A stretch of DNA of 64,000 nt. Origin: Eledone cirrhosa (taxonomy: Eukaryota). Numbering within the stretch: the first letter of the stretch is position 1; each line of letters starts with the position of its first letter. The DNA lies in assembly GCA_964016885.1 (NCBI GenBank), contig OZ024741.1, positions 43,462,001 through 43,526,000 of the forward strand, in the 5' to 3' direction. The translations under genes were made by a program, and so were the position numbers. The notes under the pieces were generated by a model. It searched no databases. It was not told the origin of the DNA and saw only the letters and a program-made list of their open reading frames with translations. Shown here one piece after another: positions 12,996 through 25,862 of this stretch.

Positions 12996-15503
12996 ATTTA
13001 AGCTTCATTTTAAAATTCTTCCATTGGAAATTTTTATGATGACGATTACATAAGTACATAATTATTTGATCTCATTTCAAACACTTCTGTACAAACGTTT
13101 CTTTAGCATTTGGGATTGCATTTGGGCAAACTCAAATTGTTTAAATCCGTTGGTAGCCTTTACGGTACATAGTTCTAGCAATGAAAATACAATCTGAATA
13201 ACCTCACATATGTTTGGACCTCAATTCTACAACATTTCTACACCTCTACTCTCCCCATTTTCAATGATTAATCAGATGTGAATAAAGGTCAATATGCAAT
13301 GGACATTATTTCCTAGCCCAATGAACGAATTAATCTTTTATATCCAATTTAGTGTATACTTCCAATCGTTTATACATGTAAAGTTATTAAAATTGATATT
13401 TGCATAATGGCTTTATAAACACCCTATATATTCAAATATAATAGAAATCACCGGCATAATTTCTGTACTGATTGTAATGAAATGTGAAGTTTGAATGTCT
13501 AATTCAATGGTAATTCATGAGAAGAAAAATGTTTAATTGATTTATCAAAGTAATGTACATACAAAGGCGATATGTCACTTGTGAGCAGAATAGATTTTTG
13601 ATCTGGATTAAGCATGTGCACTAATTGGATTACCCGTATCCAACGAAAGAATAGCTAGTTGGAGAATGGATTATATTTTAATGAATAACCAAGAAGTGTA
13701 TGACAAATGATATCAATTATAATCATAATCCACTGCTCAAGGGGTAATATATAAGTGTTTTGCTATTGATTGTTGCGACACCATGACTTGATTAGCACAA
13801 TTATGTCTTCTGAAATATCTACAGTTAATGGCGAGGAATCGCTGGTGAATTGAATGATTTACAGTATTAATTTGTGCGCTGTGAGTTAAAATCCAGTGGA
13901 GGTCGACATTGCCTTTCATACTTTGAGCCCTGATAAACCTAGTAGGAGTTTCAATTCCTCTTCTCTTCCATCGCTTTGTTTCCTTCTTGATCTTTCTCTG
14001 GGAATGATCGGTTGTGGTCAAACCTAGTAAGGCATAGGTTTGGCTAGGATTGAAATATCACACCTATGCCCTGATGGCTCAATAAAGAATCTTAGGATTG
14101 GTGATAACTGATCGGTGATCTCTAGAGTTGGATATCATCTAATCAACCATGAGTTGTTTTCCTTTAACTCTGAAATAATCCCAGATGTCAATTCTAGTTT
14201 CCTGTCATAATTTATCATTAATTGTACTTACGACTTTTTGTACTTTTCTGCTAGTGTGAATATTTACTCATTAGCGTGTATATTTACTCATTTCTCTCTC
14301 ACCATAGGGTTAAACACACGATCGGTTCTTAAGAAACAATAATTGGATCTAAAAATGTAATTAAAGAGTGCAGTTACTTTGTCAGTAAAAATATTAATTA
14401 GCTTTAGAAAAAAATAACTCAAATTCCTGTCATAATAAGAATTGCTAATTGATTAAGAACGCATTGCATCAAAACTGGACATATTGTAACCTGGAGGAAA
14501 TTTCGGAATTAGTTCCACACATGATACACTTGGACGTTGTAATGTACAGGGCGTGGAAACTTCTTCAAGCGAATATTGAAAAAATATGGTCTATTTCATT
14601 TCTGAACAATCCTAGAAGGATGATTTATTTAAGATAAATACCATACATCTAAGACACAAACATTTGCTAGCCCTATTTAGATGTATATTTATTCATTATT
14701 TTCAATTGGAAAAGTTAATTCTTCATTGTATTACGAGTCATCATAATATATGTTGGACTGTAGAAACACGTTCATTTCAGTTTTCATAGTCAGTGTTGGT
14801 CCTGGCTATCAGAAGGAGTTTGATCTCAGAATGCGAACTGCCAGAGCAGATAACGTAAATCATCTCATTCAACGTTCTAGCCACAGCTTTGGAATGGAAC
14901 TTTATGGTTTTAATCATGAAAGGATATAGGGAAGAGTTGATATCCACGTTGATGATGAATTAATACTGCAGAAAGCCAGATGAAATGTTGGAAAATATTT
15001 TTCTGACGTCATAAAAATTCCACCATCCAGCACCATAGAATGTTAATTATTTTTATCCACACTGAAAGGATGTATACCTAAATAGACCACGGCTGGATTT
15101 GATCTCAGTACTGGGAAGGCTGATTCGCTACCAACTCTAGAAATGCGCGGAATGGTTGTACTTACATTACTGTGATAAATCATAGAAAAATACAACACAA
15201 AATACTCTACAAAAATAATATTTCCCTAGAAAGATTAAGTCACCAAAAATTGCAATAGTTTCAATTGTCTTTTGCATTGAAATTGTGCATCATTACCCTA
15301 ATATACATGACCGACAACACGATATACTACAATGGTGGTAGTTAATGACAAATAATAACATTTTGGTCTTTTACTTGTGTCAGGCAAGTTAAGGAATGTA
15401 GATTATAATATCGACCCGAGTATGTAAGCTTTAAAGCTTAATTAATAGCCTGCCGACAAGCGTGTGATAGTGAGAGAAGAGAACAGGGAAACAGAAAGGG
15501 TGA

Positions 15504-15622
<119 letters not shown>

Positions 15623-15834
15623 AGCGGGGAGTTAAGCATGTGAAAAACAGTTTATCAGCAATAGGTGCGTGATGGCATGACATTTATGAATATAGTATCA
15701 GCAGGAAAGACACAGTTTCATAACACGAACAGATAAATGAATCGTTACCTCGTCACCGACCTTGATGTCAGTTTTACGCATTATCTATCTATCAATCTTT
15801 CTGTCAATCTATTCCTCTCTCTCTCTCTCTCTCC

Positions 15835-15840
<6 letters not shown>

Positions 15841-15870
<30 letters not shown>

Positions 15871-15907
15871 CAGTATCTACTCATTTAACTATTTCTCTCT
15901 CTCTTTC

Positions 15908-15947
<40 letters not shown>

Positions 15948-15984
15948 AAGAGAGAGAGAGAAATAGTTACATGAATAGATACTG

Positions 15985-16026
<42 letters not shown>
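15841..16026. repeat. Imperfect palindrome centred on (TA)n
   Basis: CAGTATCTACTCATTTAACTATTTCTCTCT.. is mirrored by ..AGAGAGAAATAGTTACATGAATAGATACTG. Confidence 0.85.
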
Positions 16027-16027
<1 letters not shown>

Positions 16028-16839
16028 TTTGTGAAGTTTTCACCTACGAAAGCATCTCTGAACTTGAGGATGTAGTAAAAGAGAGTTAAAGCGAAATCAA
16101 ATGTTTGCAGGGCGAAGGCCTTAACACTAAGACCATGCCTATAGCATATAAGTATATTTCTTTATATTGACTGATAACCACTATATAACAAATAAATAAA
16201 GAATTATAATAATTATTATATGCTGAAGAAATCATATCTTAGAATATTCTAGACGTAGCATAATATGTTTGGAAAAGAGATTCAGAAACCAAATGACGTT
16301 GAATAAATCAACTGCACAATTCCACACACACACACAAATAAACACACATTGGCACACATACATTCACACACACACTGACACTGACACAGACACACTAAAG
16401 AAAAAACATTTTTCTCGATTGTCTGATCTATAATTTCATTGAATATATTTTAACTTAACTATTTTAAGTTTCGGTTCTTTTGAAAATGTAGACAGCCGAA
16501 AGCATGTTAAGAATTTAAATGACTTTGGCGTTTTGCAGTTTGAATTGATTTCGCTTTATGCTTGTCGGAAATAATTCTTTCCTATGCACACACACACAAA
16601 CAGTCAGATACATATCTATCTATCTATCTATCTATCTTGATAGAGTAAGACACGCTTCGCATCGGCTCCGCTATTCCATCGGGATTTACCCTTACTATTG
16701 TAAGTACCGGATAAATTTTTTAGTGCAACACATTTGGAACACTAACCCCTGTTATTTAGGGAAACATTTTTGCATTTACCCCCTTTTTAGGGGGTAAAAT
16801 AAATATCTATTTTTGCCGAAAAATTTCTTTCTTGGCAGC

Positions 16840-18676
16840 ATGGCGGAAAAGATGGCAGACATGTCTGCCATTAGCTCTGCCACGCCCCCCAAGTCTGAAG
16901 AACAAAAAATAATTACAACAAAATTAGACATTGAAACAAACAAACAAAATGAAAAAACAAATGTTAAGGAAAATGAGCAAACAGAAAACAAACAAACAGA
17001 AAATAATACAAATAACGACAGGGCAACTTTCGCCCAGAAAACAAAGCAATCCATTACATACACACCAATTGACATAACTGCCGCCAGAGAAAAACTGGCC
17101 GAAGCAAAGAAACATATTGTTTTGGGAGAGAACGGAATGTTTTCCATTAACTCCCCCCCAGAATTCAAGAAAGCCAGAGCAGAAAACACAGTTATATACA
17201 GAACTATACTAAACCAGTCAAGAAAGCCAGCACAGCCCAGCCAAATGGAAATAGAGTTAGTCCTAAAAGACTATATGAAGAATATTCTCTTCATACGAAA
17301 GGACCGACTCTATGGCAGCATTTCGGTCCTAACAAGAGACAAAGAAACGGCGGTTCAGCTTTCCCTAAGCCCACTCTCGTCGACAACATATAGCTTCTAT
17401 CCCTCCTACATGGGTAGAAGAACACAGAGAATAAAAGTAAAAACAATGCTGCCCACAATGGACTTCTGGTGGGCTATTGCTGGCTTCATTGATATGGGCG
17501 GAGACACTATGCTGTCAATGGGGAAGGCAACTGGAGATGCGTTCCTGGGAATGGGCCTCGACATACTAGTCCAAATGAGGCCCGAAAGAATAGCACAAAT
17601 CCCGGATCGCATCTGGCTGGATGACCTTACCCCAATAGACATAATTGTAGAGGGGAGAAGACCAGCATGCTATTTATGCATGGAAAGGGGACACGTTAAG
17701 GCTAACTGCCCGAAACGTATCCCCCAAAAAGGACTATTGCCCACACCCACCACAAACAGTACACCAGCACCACCCACCTCCAAAAATACACTAATACCAC
17801 ACACAGCAAACAAAATACAGACACCACCAACCACAAACACAACACAAACATCACCACCACCAGCACCAAACACAAGCACGACACAAAAATCACCACCACC
17901 AACCACAACACAAACATCACCACCACCATTACCAACCACAAGCACGACACAAACATTACCACCACCACCACCACAAAACCCATTCCAAACAAATAATAAA
18001 AAAAAACAGTAACAAATCTACCCCTCCCGCAAAAAAAAAACAACCACACAACACGTCCCTCCCACCTAGCGCTGAAGAGTTTCCCCCAACTTCTGAAGAA
18101 GAAGGAGGAGAAGCCTTCAGACAAGTTAAAAGAAAAAAAAGAAAACACACACCCAGCACACCACAAATAACCCACACACAAACACCAACTCCAATCAAAA
18201 ACACCCCACCCTCAACAAACAAAAATAAATCTGCGCCTCCCCTCTCCGAAACATTGACAGCATCACAAAAAAAGACGTTGCAATACACATATATAAATAA
18301 AGAAAACAAAAAACTGGTTAAATTAATAAACAATAACCCTATGGTGCAGACCGAAGGGCCAAACTTTATCTCAACAGAGAACTTCACCCATTTCAAAATG
18401 ATAAAGGTCCCTCTAGACCTTTATCGTTCCTTAAAAGAACAATTTAGACGGGACGTGAGCCCCCCCTGTTTAAAACCGTTGAATCGCGTCCTCTTGAAAG
18501 ATTTCCCCATAACCGCCCCTCTCCCTGACACAACTCCAAATACCCCAACCCCACCACACACGTGTACCCCCACACCACCACAAAACATCCCTCCACCCAA
18601 CACACCTGATGCCATGGAAATTACGCAACCCGGAGAGGTAAGTGCTTTTCTTTCTTCACTTTCAACACCAAAATAG
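16840..18676 (+). pseudogene. Tx1 family B ORF1 (one frameshift at the A-run near 18000)
   Basis: ORFs 16813-18012 and 18254-18676. Contains VEGRRP + CX2CX4HX4C, a Pro/Thr tract and a C-terminal domain homologous to the other ORF1s. Confidence 0.82.
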
Positions 18677-21600
18677 ATCAATTGAGAGTTGGCTGTTTGA
18701 ACGCGCGTGGCCTGAGCTCAGCTTGGAAGCAAGCAAAGCTTCTAAGTGACCTCAGGTCACAAAGTATAGATGTGATGGTTGTTTGCGAGAGTCGGATCAG
18801 CAGCGTGAGACAGCTGGCGCCCGCCTTCGATGACTTTGAGATGCACGCATCTCTCTGTCAACCCGGAGGCGGGGGGGGAGTTGCCGTACTGCTGGATAAA
18901 CGTCTGACTCTCGACGTACAGATTGTTCACTCGGACCCGGGGGGTCGATTACTGGTGCTGGACGTCGGAGGTGGTGAAGGCGGGGCTTTCAGACTGGTCG
19001 GTCTTTATGCTCCCTTCGGGGCGGAGAGAGCCGACTTCTTCCAACGTCTGGAGACTTTTCTAGGAACGTCGCGTTCCCTGCTTTTAGTGGGGGACTGGAA
19101 TGGAATCCTAGATGCGCGTTGGGACTATGCAGGGGCATGTCCCGATAGAGGGGGGTGTAGCAGCCTCAAGGGGTTACTCGATCGATTCGACCTGGTCGAT
19201 AGATTTCGACTAGATTGTCCAACTGCGCCAACCTGGACCTGGGCAAACCGCAGTGGACAATCTAGATCGTACCTAGATAGGTTTTTGGTTAGGAGTAAGG
19301 ATAGGGACGTATTTAGTTGTCCAGAACTGATCATGGTTGGCTATTCAGATCACAAATTAGTGACCTGCGTGGTCAACCTTGATAGAACGCATAGACAGGG
19401 TCCCGGTTACTGGAAGATGAACTTGTCCTTACCGACAAAGAAAGATTACAGAAACCGGATTAGTAGCTTAGTTAAGATGCGGTTGACGGGAGCGATCGTC
19501 AACAGTAGGTGGTGGATATCTCTAAAGAGAGAGATTAGAGTAAGTTCGATAGGTTACAGTAAGGAACTAGCGGCGAATAGAAATAGGAGGGAAAGGGAGT
19601 TAACAGATAAACTAGAAGAGGCGATTAGGAGCGGAGACGTAGCCAGAGTGTTAGCGACGAGAACGGCATTGAGCCAGTTCTTTGACGCGAAGCACGAAGG
19701 CTGCGTTGTCCGAAGTAAAATACGTGCTTTAGGAAACGAGGGGACCAAAGCTGTTAGCTGGGCCCGCGTGACAGAAGCCAAGAGTGGGATTAAATCCACC
19801 ATTCGGTCTTTGCGAGACCAGGATGGACGGGTGATCCTTGAACCTGAGCGAATGTGCGAGACCTTTCAAAGGCACTTTGCTCGACTGTTCGGAGGTGGCG
19901 GGGGGCCGGACGGGGATGTGGACTTCGGTCCATACCTCGACGGTCTACCGCGTCTTTCGAGCGGCGAAGCGGAGTGCTGCGAAGGGCCAATCACAGCCAC
20001 TGAAATCGGGGAAGCGCTCAGCCAATGCAGCAGACGCAAATCCCCGGGTCTCGATGGTCTACCATACGAACTTTATTTAGCTATGCCGGTCTTGTTCTCC
20101 GAACTCCTCGAGGCTGTCTATTGCAACTGGCAACAGAACGGGAGAATTCCCTGTTCTGTGACCAAGGGCGTGGTCACGCTAGTGAGGAAGGACGAGAGCA
20201 AGGGAGACGACTTAAGTAACTTTAGGCCCATAACTCTGCTGAATGCAGAGTTACAGATTTTGGCCAAGGTGTTGGCGAAGAGGTTGGCGCTTGTGGTGGG
20301 TGGTTTGGTGGGAGACGCGCAGACATGCGCTATCCCGTCCAGGTCCATTCACGACAACCTCCACCTCATGCGATACATCATAGAGAGGGTTGGCTACGAA
20401 CCCGGCTTTGGTGGGGCCCTGATCAACTTGGATCAATCTAAGGCGTTCGATAGGGTCGACCATGGTTACCTGGATGCGGTGCTAGCGGCGGCGGGCTTCG
20501 GACCCGTTTTCAGGGGCTGGATTTCTGCCATGCACAGTGGCAACATCTACTCTAGGATTAAAGTAAACGGCTACCTCTCGGAGCCGTTTCAAATCACCCG
20601 ATCCATCAGACAGGGGTGCCCCCTCTCCTCCCTTCTGTACGTATTGACTCTCGAGCCACTGCTGCGGAAGTTGGAGTTGCTGCGGGGCATACCCCTGGAA
20701 CCGGGATTGCACAAAGCGGTCTCGGCCTATGCCGACGACGTAACAGTAATGGTGGCGGACGCCTCGGAAATCGGGGCGATCGCCACCCTACTGGAGGAAT
20801 ACGAAAGGCTGACGGGGGCTAAGCTGAACCAGGACAAGTCAGTCGGTTTGCAACTCGGAACGTGGAGGGGCAAACCGATGCCGTTAGACGGTGTCGTCGG
20901 GTGGTGGACGGAGGGCCCGGTGAAGCTGCTCGGGGTCTGGTTCGGACCGGACCTCCAGGTGGAGAAGAATTGGGGCGAGGTGACGAGCAGGGTGTTTGCG
21001 CTGACCCAGAAGTGGGCCAAGTGCAAACTATCACTGAAAGGTCGGGCGGAGGTGACGAACGCTTACATAGCGTCCGTCATCTACTACCGCCTGACCGTCG
21101 TGCCTTGCCCCAAGGAAAAGCTCACCATCATGGAACGCATGCTCTTCCAGTTCCTCTGGAAGAAGCGGCCTCCCATGGTGAGGAGATCCATCTGCTGCCA
21201 GCACCCTTCGAAAGGAGGGCTGGGTATGCCGTGGCTGTTGATGCGTAGGCACGCATTGAGGCTACGTCATCTACAGGTATTCCTCAACGGTCAGCCGGTG
21301 TGGGCCCCGTTTGTGAGGCGAGCCTTCCCACAGCTCGTCTCGCTCACCGAACTGCAATCCTGGGTGAAGCAAAGACCGAGAAAACTGGGCAACTGGCACA
21401 CTGAGTGTGCCCAGGCGCTCACGGCTATCTGGCAAGCGGACCCGACTGTCAGTGGAGAATCCACCTCGACATTCTATAGAGGGTTGGTGGCTAGCAGGGG
21501 CGACGACACCCTTGGAGAGTCGCTAGGCATGGAGGAGGACGAACTGGCCAGCCTGTTCGGTAGAACTTTCGGCCCGGGACCCATGGACAACTTCCAGAGG

Positions 21601-22110
21601 TCCCTAGCCTGGCAGTGTTACCGGGGGGCTCTGCCCGTTCGAGAAAAGCTCTACAGACACGGGCGCCCGGGTAGGGATCCCGCGAAAAAGATCTGTCCCA
21701 GATGCGTGCGCGACGAGGAAACCGTTGCGCATGCACTGGTACACTGCCCGGGCGTTGCCGTTCTGTGGGGCTACGTCGAACGACTGCTGTCGCGTGTGGC
21801 GCCGATTCGATTAACCGCCGAGTCTGTGGTGAACATCAAGCCGCCTCCTCCCTTCAGAAATGAAGCAGAAGCGGTCTTTCTGTGCGTAATAGCCATGATG
21901 AAAGAGGTTGTGTGGTGGACGCGCCTGAAAGGTCTGAGGTCGGGTGACTTTCTCTCCGGCCATCACCTGGTTTACTTCTTCCGATACCACTTCGGAAGAA
22001 GAATCAGGATGGAGAGAGAAGTGCTTGGTCCCAGACAGTTTTATGAAAGGTGGGTGAAAGAAGCGAGAATGGCCCGTGTAAATGGGCCTTCTCTCTACAT
22101 TGTTCTGTAG
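18673..22110 (+). CDS. Tx1 family B ORF2: APE endonuclease, reverse transcriptase, C-terminal CCHC
   Basis: 1142-aa open frame with GDWN, SYLD, SDH, QGCPLS, YADD and CPRC..ETVAHALVHC. It lacks an ATG: ATA at 18673 aligns with the ATG of the other copies. Confidence 0.9.
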   Translation: MDQLRVGCLNARGLSSAWKQAKLLSDLRSQSIDVMVVCESRISSVRQLAPAFDDFEMHASLCQPGGGGGVAVLLDKRLTLDVQIVHSDPGGRLLVLDVGGGEGGAFRLVGLYAPFGAERADFFQRLETFLGTSRSLLLVGDWNGILDARWDYAGACPDRGGCSSLKGLLDRFDLVDRFRLDCPTAPTWTWANRSGQSRSYLDRFLVRSKDRDVFSCPELIMVGYSDHKLVTCVVNLDRTHRQGPGYWKMNLSLPTKKDYRNRISSLVKMRLTGAIVNSRWWISLKREIRVSSIGYSKELAANRNRRERELTDKLEEAIRSGDVARVLATRTALSQFFDAKHEGCVVRSKIRALGNEGTKAVSWARVTEAKSGIKSTIRSLRDQDGRVILEPERMCETFQRHFARLFGGGGGPDGDVDFGPYLDGLPRLSSGEAECCEGPITATEIGEALSQCSRRKSPGLDGLPYELYLAMPVLFSELLEAVYCNWQQNGRIPCSVTKGVVTLVRKDESKGDDLSNFRPITLLNAELQILAKVLAKRLALVVGGLVGDAQTCAIPSRSIHDNLHLMRYIIERVGYEPGFGGALINLDQSKAFDRVDHGYLDAVLAAAGFGPVFRGWISAMHSGNIYSRIKVNGYLSEPFQITRSIRQGCPLSSLLYVLTLEPLLRKLELLRGIPLEPGLHKAVSAYADDVTVMVADASEIGAIATLLEEYERLTGAKLNQDKSVGLQLGTWRGKPMPLDGVVGWWTEGPVKLLGVWFGPDLQVEKNWGEVTSRVFALTQKWAKCKLSLKGRAEVTNAYIASVIYYRLTVVPCPKEKLTIMERMLFQFLWKKRPPMVRRSICCQHPSKGGLGMPWLLMRRHALRLRHLQVFLNGQPVWAPFVRRAFPQLVSLTELQSWVKQRPRKLGNWHTECAQALTAIWQADPTVSGESTSTFYRGLVASRGDDTLGESLGMEEDELASLFGRTFGPGPMDNFQRSLAWQCYRGALPVREKLYRHGRPGRDPAKKICPRCVRDEETVAHALVHCPGVAVLWGYVERLLSRVAPIRLTAESVVNIKPPPPFRNEAEAVFLCVIAMMKEVVWWTRLKGLRSGDFLSGHHLVYFFRYHFGRRIRMEREVLGPRQFYERWVKEARMARVNGPSLYIVL

Positions 22111-22341
22111 GTGAAGAAGTGAAGAGGAAAGGGGGAGCGCCTCCTCTCTGGGCTTCCCCCGCGAAAAGAGTTGCACACTTTTCGGGGGTATGTGCAATCC
22201 CCAACACGCCCCCTCCCTTTTGAGGACTTTTTATTGTTATATTATTATTGTTATTCCTTTTTTCTTTACTCGATTTATGTAAACTCCCCCACTGTGTAAA
22301 TGTCCCCTTCTTTTGTGCCCTCGTGGCAAATAAATAGAAAT

Positions 22342-22342
<1 letters not shown>

Positions 22343-22397
<55 letters not shown>
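22343..22397. repeat. (TATC)n microsatellite
   Basis: Direct reading. Confidence 0.95.
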
Positions 22398-22400
<3 letters not shown>

Positions 22401-22655
22401 CTCTGTTTATAAGCCTGTAGGTTGAGGAAGAGAGCAAAAGGAAGAAGGGAGCACTTGCACAACACGCTCCTGGAGTTGAGGGTTGTTCTATCGACGGGGT
22501 ATTAAACAACCCATTTGTGGCGCCTCCTCCCTATTGGGGATTTCGATTGTTGAAATTGTTTGTTTTTATATTTTTTACACGACTGTATGTAAAATCCCCA
22601 GCATGTATTTGTATTGTCCCTTTTTCTTGTTGCGCCCTTGTGGCTAATAAAGAAA
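22398..22655 (+). mobile_element. Severely 5'-truncated Tx1 copy (last codons plus 3'UTR) in (TATC)n
   Basis: Begins with sequence reading (P)SLFISL*, homologous to PSLYIVL*. Contains CCCTATTGGGG and ends CCCTTGTGGCTAATAAAGAAA followed by TCTA repeats. Confidence 0.8.
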
Positions 22656-22667
22656 TCTATCTATCTA

Positions 22668-22797
<130 letters not shown>

Positions 22798-23199
22798 TAT
22801 ATGTACTATATATATATATTTAAATATATATATAAATATTGTTATTCTTTAGGAGGGTCATGTTGCCAATAAGAAACACACGCAAATTTATAAATTTAGG
22901 AATTTATAAATTTCCGGTTGGTTGGTTGGTTCCACAACCAGATCATTGTTTATATATTGTCAAAGTTCTTTCGCCACACATTCTGTAACCCCTTCAGTGA
23001 CTGGGGATTCTTTTCTTTGTTTTTGTGCCTCTCCTTTGTTATGTCCTACGCCATCTTGTTTTTGTGTGTGTTGTGTGCTTAGTTTGCGCATGTGTTACAT
23101 CCGGGTGTCTGTGTGTGTTTATATTTGTTTATTTACATGTTACTGGTTGGTTGTTTCTTCTATGTGCGCGTGTGTTTTCATTTTGTCCTTAATTGTAAG

Positions 23200-24990
23200 T
23201 TGTGATGTTGCTGTTCCATTCATGTTGTCTATTTAATTTTGGTTGGAGTTCATTTATGTTTATTGCTTCTGTGATTTGTCTAAACATTGCTTCTTTTCTG
23301 TGTGTAGATTCTATTTTTATTTCTATGTTCTCTAATTTACCCTTATGCTCTATTTTAGCATGTTGGTAGAGTACAGATGATTCTTTACTATCTTGAAGCT
23401 CTCGCCAGTGTTAATTTATCCGTTCCCCTATACTACGAGCTGTCTCACCTATCAACACTATATTTTTATCTCTACATTGTCCTTCAGTACATCTTATGCT
23501 ATATACTACATTTCTAGTTTTACAGTTAATATGGGGTCTTAATTTACAGATTATACATTTCTTATCTATACAGTGAGGTCTTTGAATAGGGTATGAATTG
23601 CTAATAGGTGTTTTTATGGAGGTACCTGGTCTTTCTACTATCTTAATATTGAATTTATGTTTATCTAGGGCTCTTCTAAATTTGTAAGCTAATTCACCTC
23701 TAGGGGTTGTATCGATGAACATTACACTCTGGTATCTATTGCTATCATACCATGAGTTTATTCTATTAACTTATTCCTAGTTCTTTCTATTCTATTCCAA
23801 GATTTGCTTCTATACAAGGGGCAGGTCCCATTTGTGTCATTATTCACCATTTTTTCCCATTTGGTTCTGGCTCCTCTATATATTCTGATTTTATATGTCT
23901 GATTGTAACCAGAGAACTGCATACGGTGGATGAAGTGTTGTATGTGTCTCTCTAGTTCTTTGGGGCTGCACATGCGGGACACGTTTCTCATCACCCGTAC
24001 CAAATCAGCAATCACTATGTTGATTTTGGTATGGTCCGAAACAGCTGAGTTTCGGTGGATCAGATATTTGGAAGTCATCGGTTTGGCATAATGGGAATGG
24101 AGGATTTGTTTTTTGTTATTAATGGTATCTAACCAGAGCTCTGTGTCTAGTACAGGTATTAGATGGTTGGGGTGTTTGCTTGGGTAGTCTATAGTAACTC
24201 TAATACTCTGGTGGATGGAGTCAGCTATTTGCTGGATGCTTTCCATGGTGCTTTTCTCTAATTCCTGACTGTTCTCTAGTGGGGGTTTCTTAACTACGAT
24301 GTTTATATCATCAACGTAGCGGGAGTACATTATCAGGGTTAAGGGATTGCTGTCTTCTAATTGTTCTTTAAGTTTAAGTTTAAGTCTACTGTCCCACCAT
24401 ACCATGAATAGGTTAGCTATGTGACCTACAATGCTAACACCAATGGCTGCTCCTTCCTCTTGGGCATATGTTTTTCCATTAAATTTGAACATATGTTCCT
24501 TAAGGGTTAATTTTATGCTGGCCCCTACCGCATGTGCAATCATTTTCTTTAGTTCATCGTGGTTTTCAGGGGTCTGTATGGCTCTCGTCCACCCGTTCCA
24601 TCTATCTGTGTGGGTTTTCTTGGCGATTGAGGTAATGGTAGGTGGTCTGCCTCTTGCTGGTCTTGTAGGGCACAGGTTGCTAAGGCCATATGTATCTAGA
24701 TAATCATTACTATAGGTAAGTTTAAGTAGGAGTACCAGCTTACTGGTATCAATCCCACGCAATTCAACATTGCTCTCACTGATCATTTCTACGCATTTCT
24801 CCACAGTAAAATCCGTGTCAATAGATGGATACAGGGACACAACATCCATACTACCTATTATGCAGTTTGTTAGGTCCCTAGATCGGTTACGCTCGCCGAT
24901 TCTGCTGTCACATTTATCTGGGGACATTTCAATGATGTGACGTATGATCAGGGAGAGGAAGTAGGAAAGTCTGTAGTTACTAGCAATGCT
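23200..24990 (-). pseudogene. PLE RT/GIY-YIG ORF, disrupted
   Basis: ORFs 23758-25068 and 23411-23722 plus C-terminal RQITEAI...PKLN. The N-terminal part of the 25068 ORF comes from the inverted arm. Confidence 0.85.
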
Positions 24991-25317
24991 AACTCCACAG
25001 AATCTACACACAGAAAAGACGCAATGTTTTGACAAATCACGGAGGCAATAAACATAAATGAACTCCAACCAAAATTAAATAGAAAACATGAATGGAATAG
25101 CAACATCACAACTTACAATTAAGGACAAAATGAAAACACACACGCACATAGAACAAACAACCAACCAGTAACATGTAAATAAACAAATGATAAACAAATA
25201 TAAACACACACAGACACCCGGATATAACACATGCGCAAACTAAGCACACAACAAACACAAAAACAAGATGGCGTAGGACAAAACAAAGTAGAGTCACAAA
25301 AACAAAGAAAAGAATCC

Positions 25318-25388
25318 CCAGTCACTGAAGAGGTCACAGAATGTGTGACGAAAGCAATTTGACAATATATAAACAATGATCTGGTTGT
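25318..25388 (+). ncRNA. Minimal type I hammerhead ribozyme in the pLTR (slightly degenerate)
   Basis: GTCA-CTGAAGA-G-GTCACA/gaatg/TGTGAC-GAAA-GCAA-TT-TGAC. A more mutated copy lies on the minus strand at about 22955-23005. Confidence 0.75.
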
Positions 25389-25620
25389 GGAACCAACCAA
25401 CCAACCGGAAATTTCTAAATTCCTAAATTTATAAATTTATTATAATAAATTGAAGTGAAAGCATTTGGTGCGTGTGTTTCTTATTGACAACATGACCCTC
25501 CAAAAGTATAACAATATCGGTTTCAACACACGTTTTCAGATAAAGAATCTTGCTAAACAAATTCAGAAACGAAATATATATATATATATATGTGTATATA
25601 TATATATATAAATACTTATT

Positions 25621-25682
<62 letters not shown>

Positions 25683-25831
25683 GGAGGTGAGTTTTATTGT
25701 AGTACAATTAGCCTTCATATCATGTTCTCCTGTTTTATCTGATGAAAACACAAATATTATTGCATGATGATGTTTGTTTTTGAAATGCGCATAATAAAAT
25801 ACATGGAACTCCTTTAACTATCTTTTGATCT

Positions 25832-25862
<31 letters not shown>

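Larger units (their letters stand above)
16638..22341 (+). mobile_element. Full-length L1/Tx1-type retrotransposon, family B, inserted in (TATC)n
   Basis: Flanked on both sides by (TATC)n. Contains ORF1 with CYLCMERGHVKANC, an uninterrupted ORF2, and AATAAA at about 22329 with no poly(A). Confidence 0.93.
22838..25517 (-). mobile_element. Penelope-like element (RT + C-terminal GIY-YIG, Neptune-like Cys linker), 5'-truncated, with inverted pLTR arms
   Basis: RT motifs SMDVVSLYPSI, GAAIG, YSRYVDD and VLD. Endonuclease C....CIIC..C..RNVVY..IGETARSIGERI. Arms at about 22838-23313 and 24999-25517 are reverse complements. Confidence 0.9.

Noticed and set aside
13100-14700. Host gene exons in unique-looking AT-rich DNA (also 55220-55500 and 62300-64000)
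   Set aside because: Only short ORFs with no recognisable domain or convincing splice pattern. Small exons cannot be excluded without transcript data.
17995-18012. Possible programmed frameshift in ORF1
   Set aside because: The breaks fall at different positions in each copy, mostly in homopolymer or short-repeat runs, and copy 1 is open across this region. They are likely mutations or sequencing indels.
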